NCBI RefSeq assembly: GCF_004010195.1
Contig: NC_057718.1
Coordinates: 75,151,859-75,215,858 of the forward strand
Source: Chiloscyllium plagiosum
Taxonomy: Eukaryota
DNA length: 64,000 nucleotides
Direction of reading: 5' to 3'
Shown: positions 51,020 through 63,970 of the stretch, piece by piece
How the letters are laid out: each line of letters starts with the position of its first letter
How positions within the stretch are numbered: position 1 is the first letter of the stretch
The notes under the pieces: generated by a model
Told to the model about the DNA's origin: nothing
The model's input: only the letters and a program-made list of their open reading frames with translations
Database searches by the model: none
Made by a program: the position numbers and the translations under genes

Positions 51020-51800
51020 TGAATTTAATTGAATTTATTGTCACGTGTACCGAGGAACAGTGAAAAGCTTTGTCTTGCGAGTAATGCAGGCAGATCACAG
51101 AGTTAAGTAGCATAGGTAAGTAAATAATAGGTAAACAGCAACAAAAACAAAAACAGGCGAATGTTCAGAGTTTGTGAGTCCATTCAGTATTCTAACAACA
51201 GTAGGGTAGAACATGTTTCAAAACCGGCTGGTGCATGTGTTCAGGCTGCTGTACCCTCTCCACGATGGTAGAGGTTGTAGAAAAACATTGCCAGGGTGGG
51301 ATGGATCTTTGAGAATGTTGGTGGCCTGTCCTTGACAGTGGGAATAAAAGATGGAATGTATAGATGGGAGGTTGGCCTTTGTGATTGTCCGGGCTGAGTT
51401 CACCACTCTCTGTAACCGTCCCCCATCTTGAATGGTACAGTTGCCATACCAGGTAGTGATTCATCCAGACACAGAGCTCTCGATGGCACACCTATAGAAG
51501 TTCGCAAGGGTATTCGCCATCCTGCCAAATGTCCTCAGCTGCCTGAGGAAGAAGTCATGATTTGGAGATGCCAGTGTTGGGCTGGGGTGTACAAAGCTAA
51601 AAATCACACAATACCAGGTTATAGTCCAACAGGTTTAATTGGAAGCACACTAGCTTTCGAAGCGATGAAGGAGCGTTGCACCGAAAGCTAGTGTGCTTCC
51701 AATTAAACCTGTTGGACTATAACCTGGTGTTGTGTGATTTTTAACTGAAGAAGAAGGACATTATTGGGCCTTTGTAACAAGTGTGTCCACATGAAGGGTC
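51020..51800 (-). mobile_element. Rex1/Babar 3' fragment interrupted by a mini-PLE
   Basis: Homologous to 31772-32345. Confidence 0.8.
51555..51746. mobile_element. Palindromic pLTR mini-PLE (family A)
   Basis: About 65-bp inverted arms centred on hammerhead halves; TSD gaagaag. Confidence 0.85.
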
Positions 51801-52052
51801 CAAGAGAGTGTTGCCAAACAAAGGGATCTTGGAGTACAGATTCGTAGTCCTTGAAAGTACTTTTAAGTTTGTATATAATCGCCAAACATATATGACCAAA
51901 ATGATTTGCATGATTAAAAAATATTTTTTCCTTAACATAGGGTGGGCTCAATCTAATGTTCTTTGTTTGCTAAATCCAAGTTGTGTTGGGTTTTTGGAGG
52001 GCTTTTATTCCTGAAGGCTTCGTATATTTTATCACACTATCTTACCAATTAT

Positions 52053-52262
52053 GTTAAAAATCACACAACACCATGTTATAGTCCAACAGGTTTAATTGGA
52101 AGCACACTAGCTTTCGGAGCGACGCTCCTTCATCAGGTGATTGTCGGAGCATCGCTCTGAAAGCTAGTGTGCTTCCAATTAAACCTGTTGGACTATAACC
52201 TGGTGTTGTGTGATTTTTAACTTTGTACACCCCAGTCCAACACCGGCATCTCCAAATCATGA
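52053..52262. mobile_element. Palindromic pLTR mini-PLE (family A), 12-bp TSD
   Basis: TSD ttaccaaYtatg at 52042-52053 and 52263-52274; intact hammerhead on the minus strand. Confidence 0.88.
52105..52139 (-). ncRNA. Minimal type I hammerhead motif (family A)
   Basis: cac-CTGATGA-a-ggagc-gtc-gctcc-GAAA-gc-TA-gtg. Confidence 0.7.
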
Positions 52263-52749
52263 TTACCAACTATGGAGTTCCTTTGTCCAATTCTATGCCC
52301 ATCTTTTCATGTGCTGTTTCTGGAACAATTCACCTCTTACTGAATATCTGCAAAAAAAAAACAATATCCCTTGCACCTGTGCCATCTTTGAAAGGTTGCT
52401 GGTCGACTAGTAGAGTGTAGGTAAGCTGTTCCCAGCACACAGTGAGCATAGCTAACACTTCCTTGAGATGCAATCTTATCCTTTCTCTTTCGTCACTGTT
52501 TAATTACCAAGTTTACCTGTTGTTTACTTGTTGTTAGCCACATCGTCTCTGAATACTCTCTAATTTACAGCCACCCATCTCCAATGCCTATTGTAGACTT
52601 GCAGCTCATCTTTGTCCAGGAGGGGAGCATCGCATACATGCAAGCAATCAGACAATTTCAAGCATGAACATTTATTTACAGAAAGCAAAAGGGAACACAA
52701 ACAAAAGCAATAGAAGCTGAAGTTCATACTGATAATACAAGCCAAATTT

Positions 52750-53285
52750 CAGCTTTGAGACCAGGGGATATTTTACTTTAAAATAATGGTCTGTTGCACT
52801 TAGCTCTCTCCCACTGGAAATGTGTGTCAATGAGTTTCTACCAAGTGCACAGCACCAATCAGAGTCCTTGTCCATGACAGCTTCCACTTCCCCAATGTCC
52901 TTGACCTCATCCTTTGAAGACTTCTCATTCACCCAGTTTGTCAGTAACCAGCACACCGTCCCATTATCTGCTCCATTTATGTATAGCACAGCACGCCTAG
53001 ATGATGCAGAATACTTTACGGACAAATGTGTGATGACAAAGGGCATGTGTCCATCATCCATCATCAGTCAAGTGCAGCAGTTTGGTGCAAGTGCCATAAT
53101 GGCTGAGTGACCAGTCAATGGGAGTGCTTACAATGCTCTGACACTCTTCCAATCTGAGACCCACATCAAACACATAACATCTCACTGCATTCAATATAGA
53201 CCATCATTACACTTACATGATAGATGATTATGTGATCCATTGGAAAGTGGATAAATAGATGGTTCCTCCTTGATGTGCAGCAGCC
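52750..53285 (-). mobile_element. Possible highly degraded Harbinger transposase remnant
   Basis: TVCWLLTNW plus acidic stretch resembles the CCxLHN region seen at 27.7 kb. Confidence 0.3.
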
Positions 53286-53289
53286 TTTT

Positions 53290-54421
53290 AGAGTCATAGA
53301 GATGTACAGCATGGAAACAGACCTTTCGGTCCAACCAGTCCATGCCGACCAGATATCCCAACCCAATCTAGTCCCACCTGCCAGCACCCAGCCCATATCC
53401 CTCCAAACCCTTCCTATTCATGTGCCCATCCAAATGCCTTTTAAATGTTGCAATTGTACCAGTCTCCACCACTCCCTCTGGCAGCTCATTCCATACACAT
53501 CTGTGTGAAAAAGTTGCCCTGTAGGTCTGTTTTATATCTTCCCCCTCACCCTAAACCTATGGCCTCTAGTTCTGGACTCCCCGGCCCCAGGGAAAAGACT
53601 TTGCCTATTTATCCTATCCATAGAACATAGAACATAGAATAATACAGCACAGAACAGGCCCTTCGGCCCACGATGTTGTGCCGAACATTTGTCCTAGCTT
53701 AAGCACCCATCCATGTACTTAGCCAATTGCCGCTTAAAGGTCGTCAATGATTCTGACTCTGCCACTCCCACAGGCAGCGCATTCCATGCCCCCACCACTC
53801 TCTGGATAAAGAACCCACCCTTGACATCTCCCCTATACCTTCCACCGTTCACCTTAAATTTATGTACCCTTATAATACTCTGTTGCACCCGGGGAAAACG
53901 TTTCTGACTGTCTACTCTATCTATTCCTCTGATCATCTTATAAACCTCTATCAAGTCACCCCTCATCCTTCGCCGTTCCAATGAGAAAAGGCCTAGCACT
54001 CTCAACCTATCCTCGTACGACCTATTCTCCATTCCAGACAACATCCTGGTAAATCTCCTCTGCACCCTCTCCAAAGCCTCCACATCTTTCCTAAAGTGAG
54101 GCGACCAGAAATGCACACAGTACTCCAAATGTGGCCTAACCAAAGTCCTATACAGTTGCAACATCACTTCACGACTCTGGAATTNNNNNNNNNNNNNNNN
54201 NNNNNNNATAATTTTGTAAACCTCTATAGGGTCATCCCTCAGCCTCCAACGCTCCAGGGAAAACAGCCCCAGCCTGTTCAGCCTCTCCCTATAGCTCAAA
54301 TCCTCCAACCTTGGCAACATCCTTGTAAATCTTTTCTGAACCCTTTCAAGTTTCACAACATCTTTCCGATAGAAAGGAGACTAGAATTGCACGCAATATT
54401 CCAACAGTGACTTAACCAATG
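53290..54421 (-). mobile_element. Two nested CR1 3' fragments (inner 53620-54184), gap at 54185-54207
   Basis: LERVQKRFTRMLP and LYRTLVRPHLEYCVHFWSP; two distinct tails. Confidence 0.85.
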
Positions 54422-55897
54422 TTGTTCCATCATTGCTAATACCTTCTATATTACTGAGATTCCCAAGTTAATTTTGTATGCACCAATGTCATGTTGCAAA
54501 TTGCCTTTGACAAGCATCTGACCCTGAAGCTTCTTCACTGCATGCAAAGTAAATGGACAATAAAATGATTATAAATTGAAAGTAGCTGTTGCATATATTT
54601 ATTGCTACAGTGTCATAGCATTCAAGCTTTCACACATCAAGTTGAAACTGACTGCCACCCTGGGTATTATTTTAGCCTTTTCCAGTAACACTTCACATCT
54701 CGAGGACAAATGATGGCAGGTAATCTTGTAGTGGCTGCAATCAGCACCTGCCTAATCACCAGATACATCTCACTCCCTAACCGAACCTCCATCTCTGCTA
54801 TTGTCTGCACTACCTCAGCTGCACAATTCCACTTACTACTACAATGTGAAGACTCACCACATTGAACTTTGTCTATCCTCCCTGAACCATGACTTTACAC
54901 CGTAATGATGGCCACCCTTGCCCTTATACATTCCTCTGTGAATGCCATGGTAGTGGTCCCTACCAATAACATGCCCTCCTGTTGTCTACCATGCTGTCAG
55001 ATGCTATACCATATATCCCCAAAGCACTATTTTTATTCTCACCTCTATATGAAGAACTATGTTTCCCACCCTTGCTCCTAGCCTTGGCTCCCTCTGCTTC
55101 TGGCAGTGATGCGGCCTAATGACCATATAGATTCTCTTTGCTACCTTAAGTACAATTGATGGATGAATATCCAGACCTTCATTCATCCCAGGCTTCTGAA
55201 TGACTTTGACTTTGATGAGCAAGTAAGTAGATACTATGTGAGTAAGCACGAAGAGAGCAAGAAAGCAGTGCTAAGATGCAGCCTGATCCAATCTGTGAGA
55301 AGGGTGTCTGTCCCTGCTCACAGTGTTCCAGCTGGTAACTGATAGCTCTGCAAGGCAATTCTGTACTTCATGAGCAGCTTGAAAGTGTATCAGAGAGGTG
55401 CTAAGATGGTCATGATGTGTTGGCTGGTGCCAATATCCATGGACAAGGTCTGTGTGTGGCTGGTGTCCATGGATCCTGCCTGAGATACAGTTTGGTCATA
55501 GATAACATGGATGCTGTTCAGAGCAAGTGGTGAGCTAAATCTGCCAGGTACTTGTTCTCGTTTCTATTTTGAATCATCCAGCTTGTTTGGTGAGTTTGGT
55601 AACATATTAAACTAAATATTAATGAAGCAAATGTTTAACAAGCAATAATCCCCCTTAATTGACAAGTTGGTACTGCCTAGTGAGAAACTTGCTGCACCAC
55701 ATGATAAACGAATGGAGCGAGATGCTCCTAACATCAAAATAGGCCTCACCAGACTTCTCATTTGTTTCTGCGACAAATATCACCATGTCACTCAGATGCC
55801 TACAAGATTCCACCAGTTGTGTTCAACAAAATTACCATTATTTGGCAAGAACTAATGAAAAGAATAAAGTTTTTCTGTACACTTTCTATAAACCTAC

Positions 55898-56463
55898 CTG
55901 ACTTGTTTATTTTTGACCTGGGTGTCATCTTCTACTTCCATTAGCTTGACTCTGTTCTCTCAACATCACTGTGTTTAATCTGAATTTTAAATCTTTATCT
56001 ATCATCTCCACTTACTGATTATGACTCTGACATTGATTGTTTTGTCTTAATTGAAAACACTGATTCACTTTGCTCTACCAGTGGATTCTGTAATACCAGA
56101 AAACTTGCAGTTTCTTTTTGATTTTCTCTTTCACTTTGGGTCGCGGGAGGAATTTGGATGATAGGAAGTTTATCAAAGTGTCCCTCTGACAGACTGCTTT
56201 TTTCAATCAAACATGACACTGATGGAGTCTCACTTCAGCCTTCTGTAGATATGTGAATGTATCTAGCTCCTTACAACAACTCTAATCACACACTTTTCCT
56301 TATAAATTCACCAAGATATCCTGATCAGCACTGAATCCTCTGGGTTTCAAGTCTCTTAAATTATGACTCAACTTCAAGATGATTTTTTTTTCGCTTATTT
56401 TCTATTGATCTCATTTGTTTAAAATTTAGCTTGTAACTCGAGGAATGTGTTGTAGACTGTATT
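55898..56463 (-). pseudogene. Degraded large low-complexity exon (ends phase 2)
   Basis: tttctgtcctccttaag|...gtcag|gtaggt; SETPSVSCLIEKSSLSEGHFDKLPIIQIPPATQSERENQKETASF...LMEVEDDTQVKNKQV with scattered stops. Confidence 0.45.
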
Positions 56464-56924
56464 CTTAAGGAGGACAGAAAGTTATTTGGCCTGTGTTAAA
56501 AGAAACATGGAAATATACTGCCCAGTTTTGCACCTAAAAATACATCTGCAAAGATTTCTTCATAATTTGAACACTTATTTCTGCAATACTATTTACTACT
56601 GGATGACATTATGATGTTAATGTGCTTCACTCCAATCTTGCTTCAAAACATTTCAAACTCTTCTAACATAGATTGTTGACCAATATCTGACACCTATACT
56701 TTTGGCATTCAATAAATTGAAAGGCAACCTCTCAAAACATTAATAATATTGGCTTTTGATAGTGAGCATAAACTCAACATTTATCCACCTGCTATAGCTA
56801 TTGACCAAAACAATGTACTCTTACCCTTTCACTTGTCAGTGCTTTCACACGGATTATGACTGCATGCTGTGGATGAGGTTCCTCTAACAATCTCTTTCTA
56901 AATGTTGGCAGAATAGGGAAATAC

Positions 56925-59320
56925 AAACATAGAACTGTGACTTGGCACTTCAACCTATAATGCCTGTTCCATCATTCAATTCGATCATGGTTGATCATTT
57001 ATCTCACACCACATTACTGCATTATCCCCATACCCCTTGATACCATTAGAATCCAGAAATTCAGCAACTTCTGTCTTGAACCTGCTCAATACTTCAGTTT
57101 CCACAGCCCTCTAGGATGAAAAATTCCAAAGATTCACCACACTCTGGGCAAAGAAATTTCTCCTTATCTTGTTCTTAAGCAACCTGCCTCTCATTCCGAG
57201 ACTGTGTACCTTGATTCTAGATTCACCTGCCGGGGAAATATTTTATCTACATCCATATTGAAGAAATTTTATGAAATTATTTTGTTTCAAGAAGATCACT
57301 TCTTATTTTGTGAAACTCTAGAAAATACAAGCCCAGTTTTCTCAACCTCACTTCATAAAACAGTCCCACCAACTCCAAGATTAGTCTGTTGAAGTTTCAA
57401 TACACTCTCTCTATGTCAAAAACATCATTCTTCAGATAAGGAATCCAAAACACTACACAATACTATAGGTATGGTCACTCCAAGGCTATACACAATTGTA
57501 GGAAGATATCTTTACTTTGAGTCCAAACCTGATATGATGAAAATCAACAGACCATTTGACTTGGTAATTACATGATGCACCTGCATTCTAGCTTTGATGA
57601 TCAAGAACACATATATTCCTTTATACATCGACATTTTGCAAACTCTTGTTATTTTTCAAATATACCACATCCTTTTCTTTGATTTTTAAAAATTTCTTTC
57701 TTTTCATCCTCTATGGTATAAGTAACATGACAACAGGTTTGTCAAATATGAATTTCCATTCTTAAAACCATGTTGACTCTGCCCAATCATATCATTATTT
57801 TATGTGTCCAGTTATTACATCCTTTATAATGGATTCTAATATTTTTTCTATTACAGGCTAACAGATCTGTAATTCTCCATATTCTCTCTACTTCTGTTTT
57901 TAAATAGTTACCATAAGAAATAACACCAGAAGTAGATCATTCAGCCCCTTAATCCTACTCAACCATTCAATAGGATCATAGCTATTCCAACATTCCTCTT
58001 GACCACTTTTCTGCATTTTCCCAATAACCCTCCATTCCCTGCTGATCAAGAATCTATCTATCTCAGCCTTAAATACACCCAAGTATTATTCTTCCAAAGC
58101 TTTCTGTGGCAAGGTATTCCAAAGACTCTCAACCCTTTAAGGGAAGAAATTCCTCCTCATCTCAGTTTTAAATTGGAATCCCTTAATGCTGAGGCTATGT
58201 TGTCTTGTCCTAGACTCTCCCATGAGGGGAAAATCCTCTCAACATTTACCCGGTCAAGCCCATTAAGAATCCTATATGTTTCAGTGGGATCACCTCTCAT
58301 TCTTTTAAATTTCAGTGAGTCTAGGCTGTTTAGTCTTTGCTCATAAGACAATTCTTCCATATCAGGGACTACCACCAATAAAAAGATATTTTTCCTGAAA
58401 TAAAATGACCAAAACTGCTCACAGTACTCTAGACATGGTTTCACCAGGTCTTTTGAACAGTTGCAATTAGACTTCCCTATTCGTATACCCCATTTCTGTT
58501 GAAATAAGGGCAAACATTCCATTAGCAGGGTTGCATTTGGTTCTTTACTGACTGAGGGAATTTTTCCAGAATCTGTAGAGTTTTGAAAATTAACCAGCAA
58601 TGTATTTATTATCTCAATTGTCATCTCCTTCAAAATTCTGGTATGTAGCTCATTTAGTCCAGTGTATTTATCAGCTGTTCTTCTTTGATTGCTAATTCCC
58701 TTCAGTTTATCATTTTCATAAATCCCTTGGTTTCCTTGAATTTTTGGTATATTTTCTGCATTTTCTTCCATGAGTTCAAACACAAAGTAATTGTTTTGCT
58801 TCTCTTTCATTTCCATATTCTCTGCTATACATTCTCCCGTTTCTATTTATAGTGAACCCACATTCTTCCTTATTAATCATTTCCTTTACACATATCTAAA
58901 AATATATTTATTGCCCATCTTCATGTCTCTCATTAACTTGCATGCATATTTTATTTTCTTTTACTTTATCAGTTTTTTAGATATTCTTGCTGGAGACTAA
59001 ATTATCCCAATTATCAGGATTACCTAAACTTCATAAACCATTTCCTTTGATCTAATGTCAGCCGTACTTGATTCAGCTTTCATATTGGGGTTTCATGTCT
59101 GAGGGGAATGTATATTTGTTGTAGATTACCCAATACTTATTTTAAGACAAATCATTGCCAGTCTACCATTGAGTCCTCTTGTGTATTTTCCCAATACACC
59201 ATAGCCACGTTGTTTTTCATACCTTCATTGTTTTCTTTATTTAGGTTTTAGATGTTAGCTTTAAGGTAAATTGTATCACTTTCAAATTTAATACAAAATG
59301 CTCACATACTTAGGTTACTG
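56925..59320 (-). mobile_element. Old nested CR1 fragments
   Basis: LVKPCLEYCEQFWS, GLNELHTRILKE; CR1 3' tails near 56930 and 57915. Confidence 0.7.
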
Positions 59321-59399
59321 TTTATGGTCTCTATGACTCTTAACCCCCAAAGAAGGCAACTTTTATCTATAATCAATACTTTTTATATGTGTGAAATAC

Positions 59400-60301
59400 C
59401 ATTTCATTTTTTCAATATTATACTCTCTATGACAGCCATTAATGGATAGTAGTGTGTTTTACTGGGCATCAGATCATTGTGAATTTATCTTCAAATTTCC
59501 CTGGCAGACATTTATATGTCATTTGCAACTGGAAACTAATTCATATGCAACTCTGGCTAGAAATAAATCAGTTATCAAGGAATATCTCAAAAAGACATCT
59601 ACAATTGCATGATCTGTTAACTTAAGACAGTAAATATGGAACCAATAACTAATTTTATCATTTGGTCATCCTTGCTCAAAGGCCATTTTGTACTCTCATA
59701 ACAATTGCTCAAGATTAGATATTTTCTTAAATATCCCTATTGTAATTATTGTTTCTGCTATCTACACATGACATGAATAAGGTACACATGGATTTTGTTT
59801 AATAAAGATCTCTTTTGGTTGATTTATGGCTCACACTAATACATACAGAATACTGCAAACTCCAGACATTCCTTTGAGTCACTATGGCACCTGGTCATAT
59901 GATGGCATATAGGAGAGGAGTGGGTGAGATGAGGACTGCGACGGGCAGTCAATTTCACTAGGAGGACTGAGTAAAATGTGGACCCTCACAGATAGGCAGA
60001 TGATCGGTGGCGGACCTGATTTGGAATTAAACAAGAATAAGGCTTTCTCATTCAATATTCCAGCACTATTTGCTGAGGGAAGCACTGAAGCTTGGGCCAG
60101 TTGCTGCCAGGGCACATTGGAGATACACAACCATTAAAGGTGTTTCTGTCAAAGTACTATGAGGTCCGTTCAATTATCAAACTCTTTTAACACCTGAAAT
60201 GTGTATAAATATTGCCCTGAATAACTTGGAAATGCTTTGGACTTTTCTTCTTCAACTGCAAGGAGTGCCAAATTCCGATGTTTGTTTTTCATATGCAAAG
60301 G
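59400..60301 (-). pseudogene. Degraded exon interrupted by an about 275-bp insertion (59887-60161)
   Basis: cctgtacag|PLHMKNKHRNLALLAVEEEKSKAFPSYSGQYLYTFQVLKEFDN*TDLIV, resuming TQRNVWSLQYSVC after removing the insert bounded by actatg repeats; then PCVPYSCHV*IAETIITIGIFKK...ARVAYELVSSCK. Confidence 0.4.
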
Positions 60302-60394
60302 CTGTACAGGAATGTTTCAATAACTGTGTAGGTATGTAAAGACTTTTTATGAATAAAACATAATTTAGCAACAAAAAAAATTCAGTCCAATCAT

Positions 60395-60990
60395 GCCTCA
60401 CAGCGCCAGAGACCCAGGTTCAATTCCCGCCTCGGGCAACTGTCTGTGTGGAGTTTGCACATTCTCCCCATGTCTGCGTGAGTTTCCTCCGGGTGATTAG
60501 ATTAGATTACTTACAATGTGGAGATAGGCCCTTTGGCCCAACAAGTCCACGCCGAAGCGCAACCCACCCAGACCCATTCTGGTACATTTACCCCTTCACC
60601 TAACACTACGGGCAATTTAGCACGGTCAATTCACCTAACCTGCACATTTTTAGACTGTGGGAGGAAACCAGATCACCCGAAGGAAACCCACACAGACACG
60701 GGGAGAATGTGCAAACTCAATACAGACAGTCACCTGACGTGGGAATTGAACCCAGGTCTCTGGCGCTGTGAGGCTGCAGTGCTAACCACTATGCCACCCC
60801 TTGGTGCTCTGGTTTCCTCCCACAGTCCAAAGATGTGCAGGTCAGGTGAATTAGTCGTACTAAATTGCCTGTAGTGTTAGGTGAAGGGGTAAATGTAGGG
60901 GAATGGGTCTGGGTGGGTTGCTCTTCGGAGGGTCGGTGTGGACTGTTTGGGCCAAAGGGCCTGTTTCCACACTGTAGGTAATCTAATCTT
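60395..60990. mobile_element. HE1 SINE (+) interrupted by an antisense HE1 SINE (60496-60800)
   Basis: The plus copy breaks at tttcctccgggtg and resumes at ggtgctctggtttcctcc. Confidence 0.85.
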
Positions 60991-61009
60991 AAGTAGGAGT
61001 CAAACTAAA

Positions 61010-63970
61010 ATAAAAGCGAGCATGTGTATTCTATTAAGTTAAGGTATATCTGGGGAGCTCAGACCTTTGATTTCCGTATTGTACAACATGTAGGAAATCT
61101 TAGAAACCTGCAGTCTGGATGATCATGTATGCAAAAGGGTTCAACTGGTATGTGCAACTTGAGCTTTCGGATTTTTAATTTGAGGCCACTACAATACATT
61201 TACAAGGCTGAGAGGTTCACAGCTAGAAGTGTTCAGGATGTGGTAGACCCAGAGCTGAAGAAAGTGCAGGTAGAAAGAATATAAGAACGTAAGATTATAA
61301 TAAACAGGAACATTTTGTGGATTCAGCTCCACTTACTTGCCAAACTCACCATAATCCTTAAATCCTTTACTGTTTAAAAATCTATCTATCTTTGCCTTAA
61401 AAACATTTAATGAGGTAGCCTCAACAACTTAATTGGGCAGGGAATTCCACAGATTCACAACTCTTTGGGTGAAGAAGTTGCTCCTCAACTCAGTCCTGAA
61501 TCTACTCCCCTTATTTTGAGGCTATGCCCCCTCCCCATTTCTAGTTTCACCTGCCAGTGGACAAAAAAACCCTCCCTGCTTCTACCTTATTTATTTCTTT
61601 CATAGTTTTATATGTTTCTATAAGATCTCCCTCTCATTCTTCTGAATTGTAATAAGTATATTCAGGAATTGATGACTACCTACAGATGTTGAGGACCAGG
61701 CATGGGTGGTGAGAGAGTCCCCTGGATCTATCTTGCTTGCAAACTGTTTTTGGTCTGAAAAATGGTGACACTGACAGGCCTACTATTGAGACTAACCAGA
61801 GCTAAGGCCATGGTATTATGGATGGTTTAACCGCTTGGATGGAGGATGTATGAGGAGAAGTGTGGAAAGGTTACAGTGATAGTGAGGGGAGTAGACGTGT
61901 GTTTTAAGAGGGTTTTAGATTCATGATGCCTTCGGACCACTGCTGGAGGAGATGGGACTTGATCAAGTTGAACGGGTTACATATGAACAGGAACAGACCA
62001 ACACGCTCATGGGGAGGTTTGATAATGTTATTGGGTAGGTTTAAATTGAATTGGCAATCCTGACAAGTCATTCAGAGAAAAGAGAAGCTGGGATGGAATT
62101 AGAAGTTAAAATCTGAGTATTTGAGTCTACAGGCAGAGGAAATATAGACTAGATAAGAAACAAGTGAGTTTAGCAAGGCTAAATATATTTAATTGCAAGG
62201 AACCGAAGGAATAAGATAGATGAGCTGAGGGTACAGAGAAGCACATGGGAGTACGATTTCATAGTTGTGACTGAGACTTGGCTGCAAGATGGGTAGCATT
62301 GCCAGCTCAATATTCCTAGCTATAAAGTATTCAGACACAATAGAGAAGGGAATAAAAGAGGAGGGATGAGCTCTCAATACAGCAGTGAGGAGGGATGATA
62401 TCTTGCAAGAATCAATGTGCTCATAACAGGAGAAATAAAATGCACTAAATTGACCAACACCCTACTGGATATGCAGTATAGTCCCCAGACAGTCATGGAG
62501 TGATAAAGTATCAAATGTATAATAACATTTCACAGAAGTATAAGAATAATAAGGCAGTGATAGTTGGGGACTTCAGCTGACAGATATTAACTGAATCGTT
62601 TTAGTGCAAAGGAACAAAATTTTTAAATTGTAAAGAGGAGAAGCTTGTTCAGCTAGTACAAAGATGGGTGGCACGGTGGCTCAATGGTTAGCACTGCTGC
62701 CTCACAGTGTCAGGGACCCAGGTTCAATTCCCGCCTCGGGCACCTGTCTGTGTGGAGTTTGCATGTTCTCCCTCTGTCTGCATGGGTTTCTTCCCACAGT
62801 CCAAAGATGTGTAGGTTAGGTGAGTTGGCCATGCTAAATTGCCCATAGTTTTGAGGTAAATGTAGGGGAATGTGTATGGGTGGGTTGATCTTCAGAGGGT
62901 CAGTGTGGACTTGTTGGGCCAAAGGGCCTGTTTCCATACTGTAGGGAATCTAATCAAAGAGAGACACAAATTAGTTGGGCTTAGTTAGCAATGATTTGTA
63001 AAGTTTGATAAACTTTTTTGTGGAAATAATGAGGTATGTTGATGAGAGAAATGCATACAATATGATCTTTTGATAAGATCCCTCATGACAGATGGATCAA
63101 AAAAGTAAGAGTTCTTAGGATCCAAGGCAAAGTGACATGTTGGATGAAAAATTGGCTGAGAGCCAGGATGAGAAAGCGACAGTAGTGGGATATAACTGTG
63201 ACTGGAAATTTGTTTCCAGAGGGACGCCTCAGGGCTTGGTGCTGGGAATCTTGTTGCTTGCAGTGAGTAACTGAAGGGCCTGTTACCGTACTCTATGACT
63301 TTATGACTCTATTTAGACTTAAATATAAGAGTGAATAATCAAGACATTAATGGATATCAATGAACTGGTCAACTGGGCAGAACAGTGGCAAATGCAATTT
63401 GACTCAAAAAGGTGTGAGTTTACATTATTGTAGAGGGCTAACAAGGCAATAGATTACACTGGAACTGGTACAAGCCAGGAAACTATTGAAGATCCATGGG
63501 ACCTTGGTGTGCCTATGCATCGATCCCTGAAAGTAGGGTAGGTAGATAAGGTAATTCTGAAGGTATTCTTGTCATTATTAGCTGAGGCATCAAGATGGTT
63601 ATTCTGGAACAGGATGTGATAACATAAGAAAAGGTGCAGAGAAGATCTACCAGGATGCTGCCTGAGCCCCAAACTATGAGGTAAGATTGGGTGAATTGGA
63701 GTTGTTTGCCTTGAAACAAAAATGTTGAGAGGGAAGCTGACAGAGGTGTATAAAATTATGAGGAAGCGTAGATATGGTGGATAGGAAGGCTTTTTTAATT
63801 TAGTCGAGGGGTCAATAACCAGGTGCTATGGATTCAAGAGAAGAAATAGAGGCCAAGAGGAGAGTTGAGAAATATTTTTCACCCAGATGGTGTGGGAGTG
63901 TGGAACTCAATTCTTGAAAGGGTGGTTGAGTCAGAACATTGAAGCAATATTTAGACATTCATTTATGTTC
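61010..63970 (+). mobile_element. Old fragmented CR1 (ORF1, EN, RT remnants) with nested CR1 (-) at 61280-61660
   Basis: Homology to 12470-16200 (TETWL, GDF, PQG motifs), heavily mutated. Confidence 0.65.
62666..62955 (+). mobile_element. HE1-type SINE
   Basis: Full head, body and tail; caaaga flanks both sides. Confidence 0.9.

Noticed and set aside
51555..52262. Repeated palindromic units as a CRISPR-like array or miRNA genes
   Set aside because: There is no repeat-spacer periodicity; they are explained by Penelope pLTR homology, tails and TSDs.
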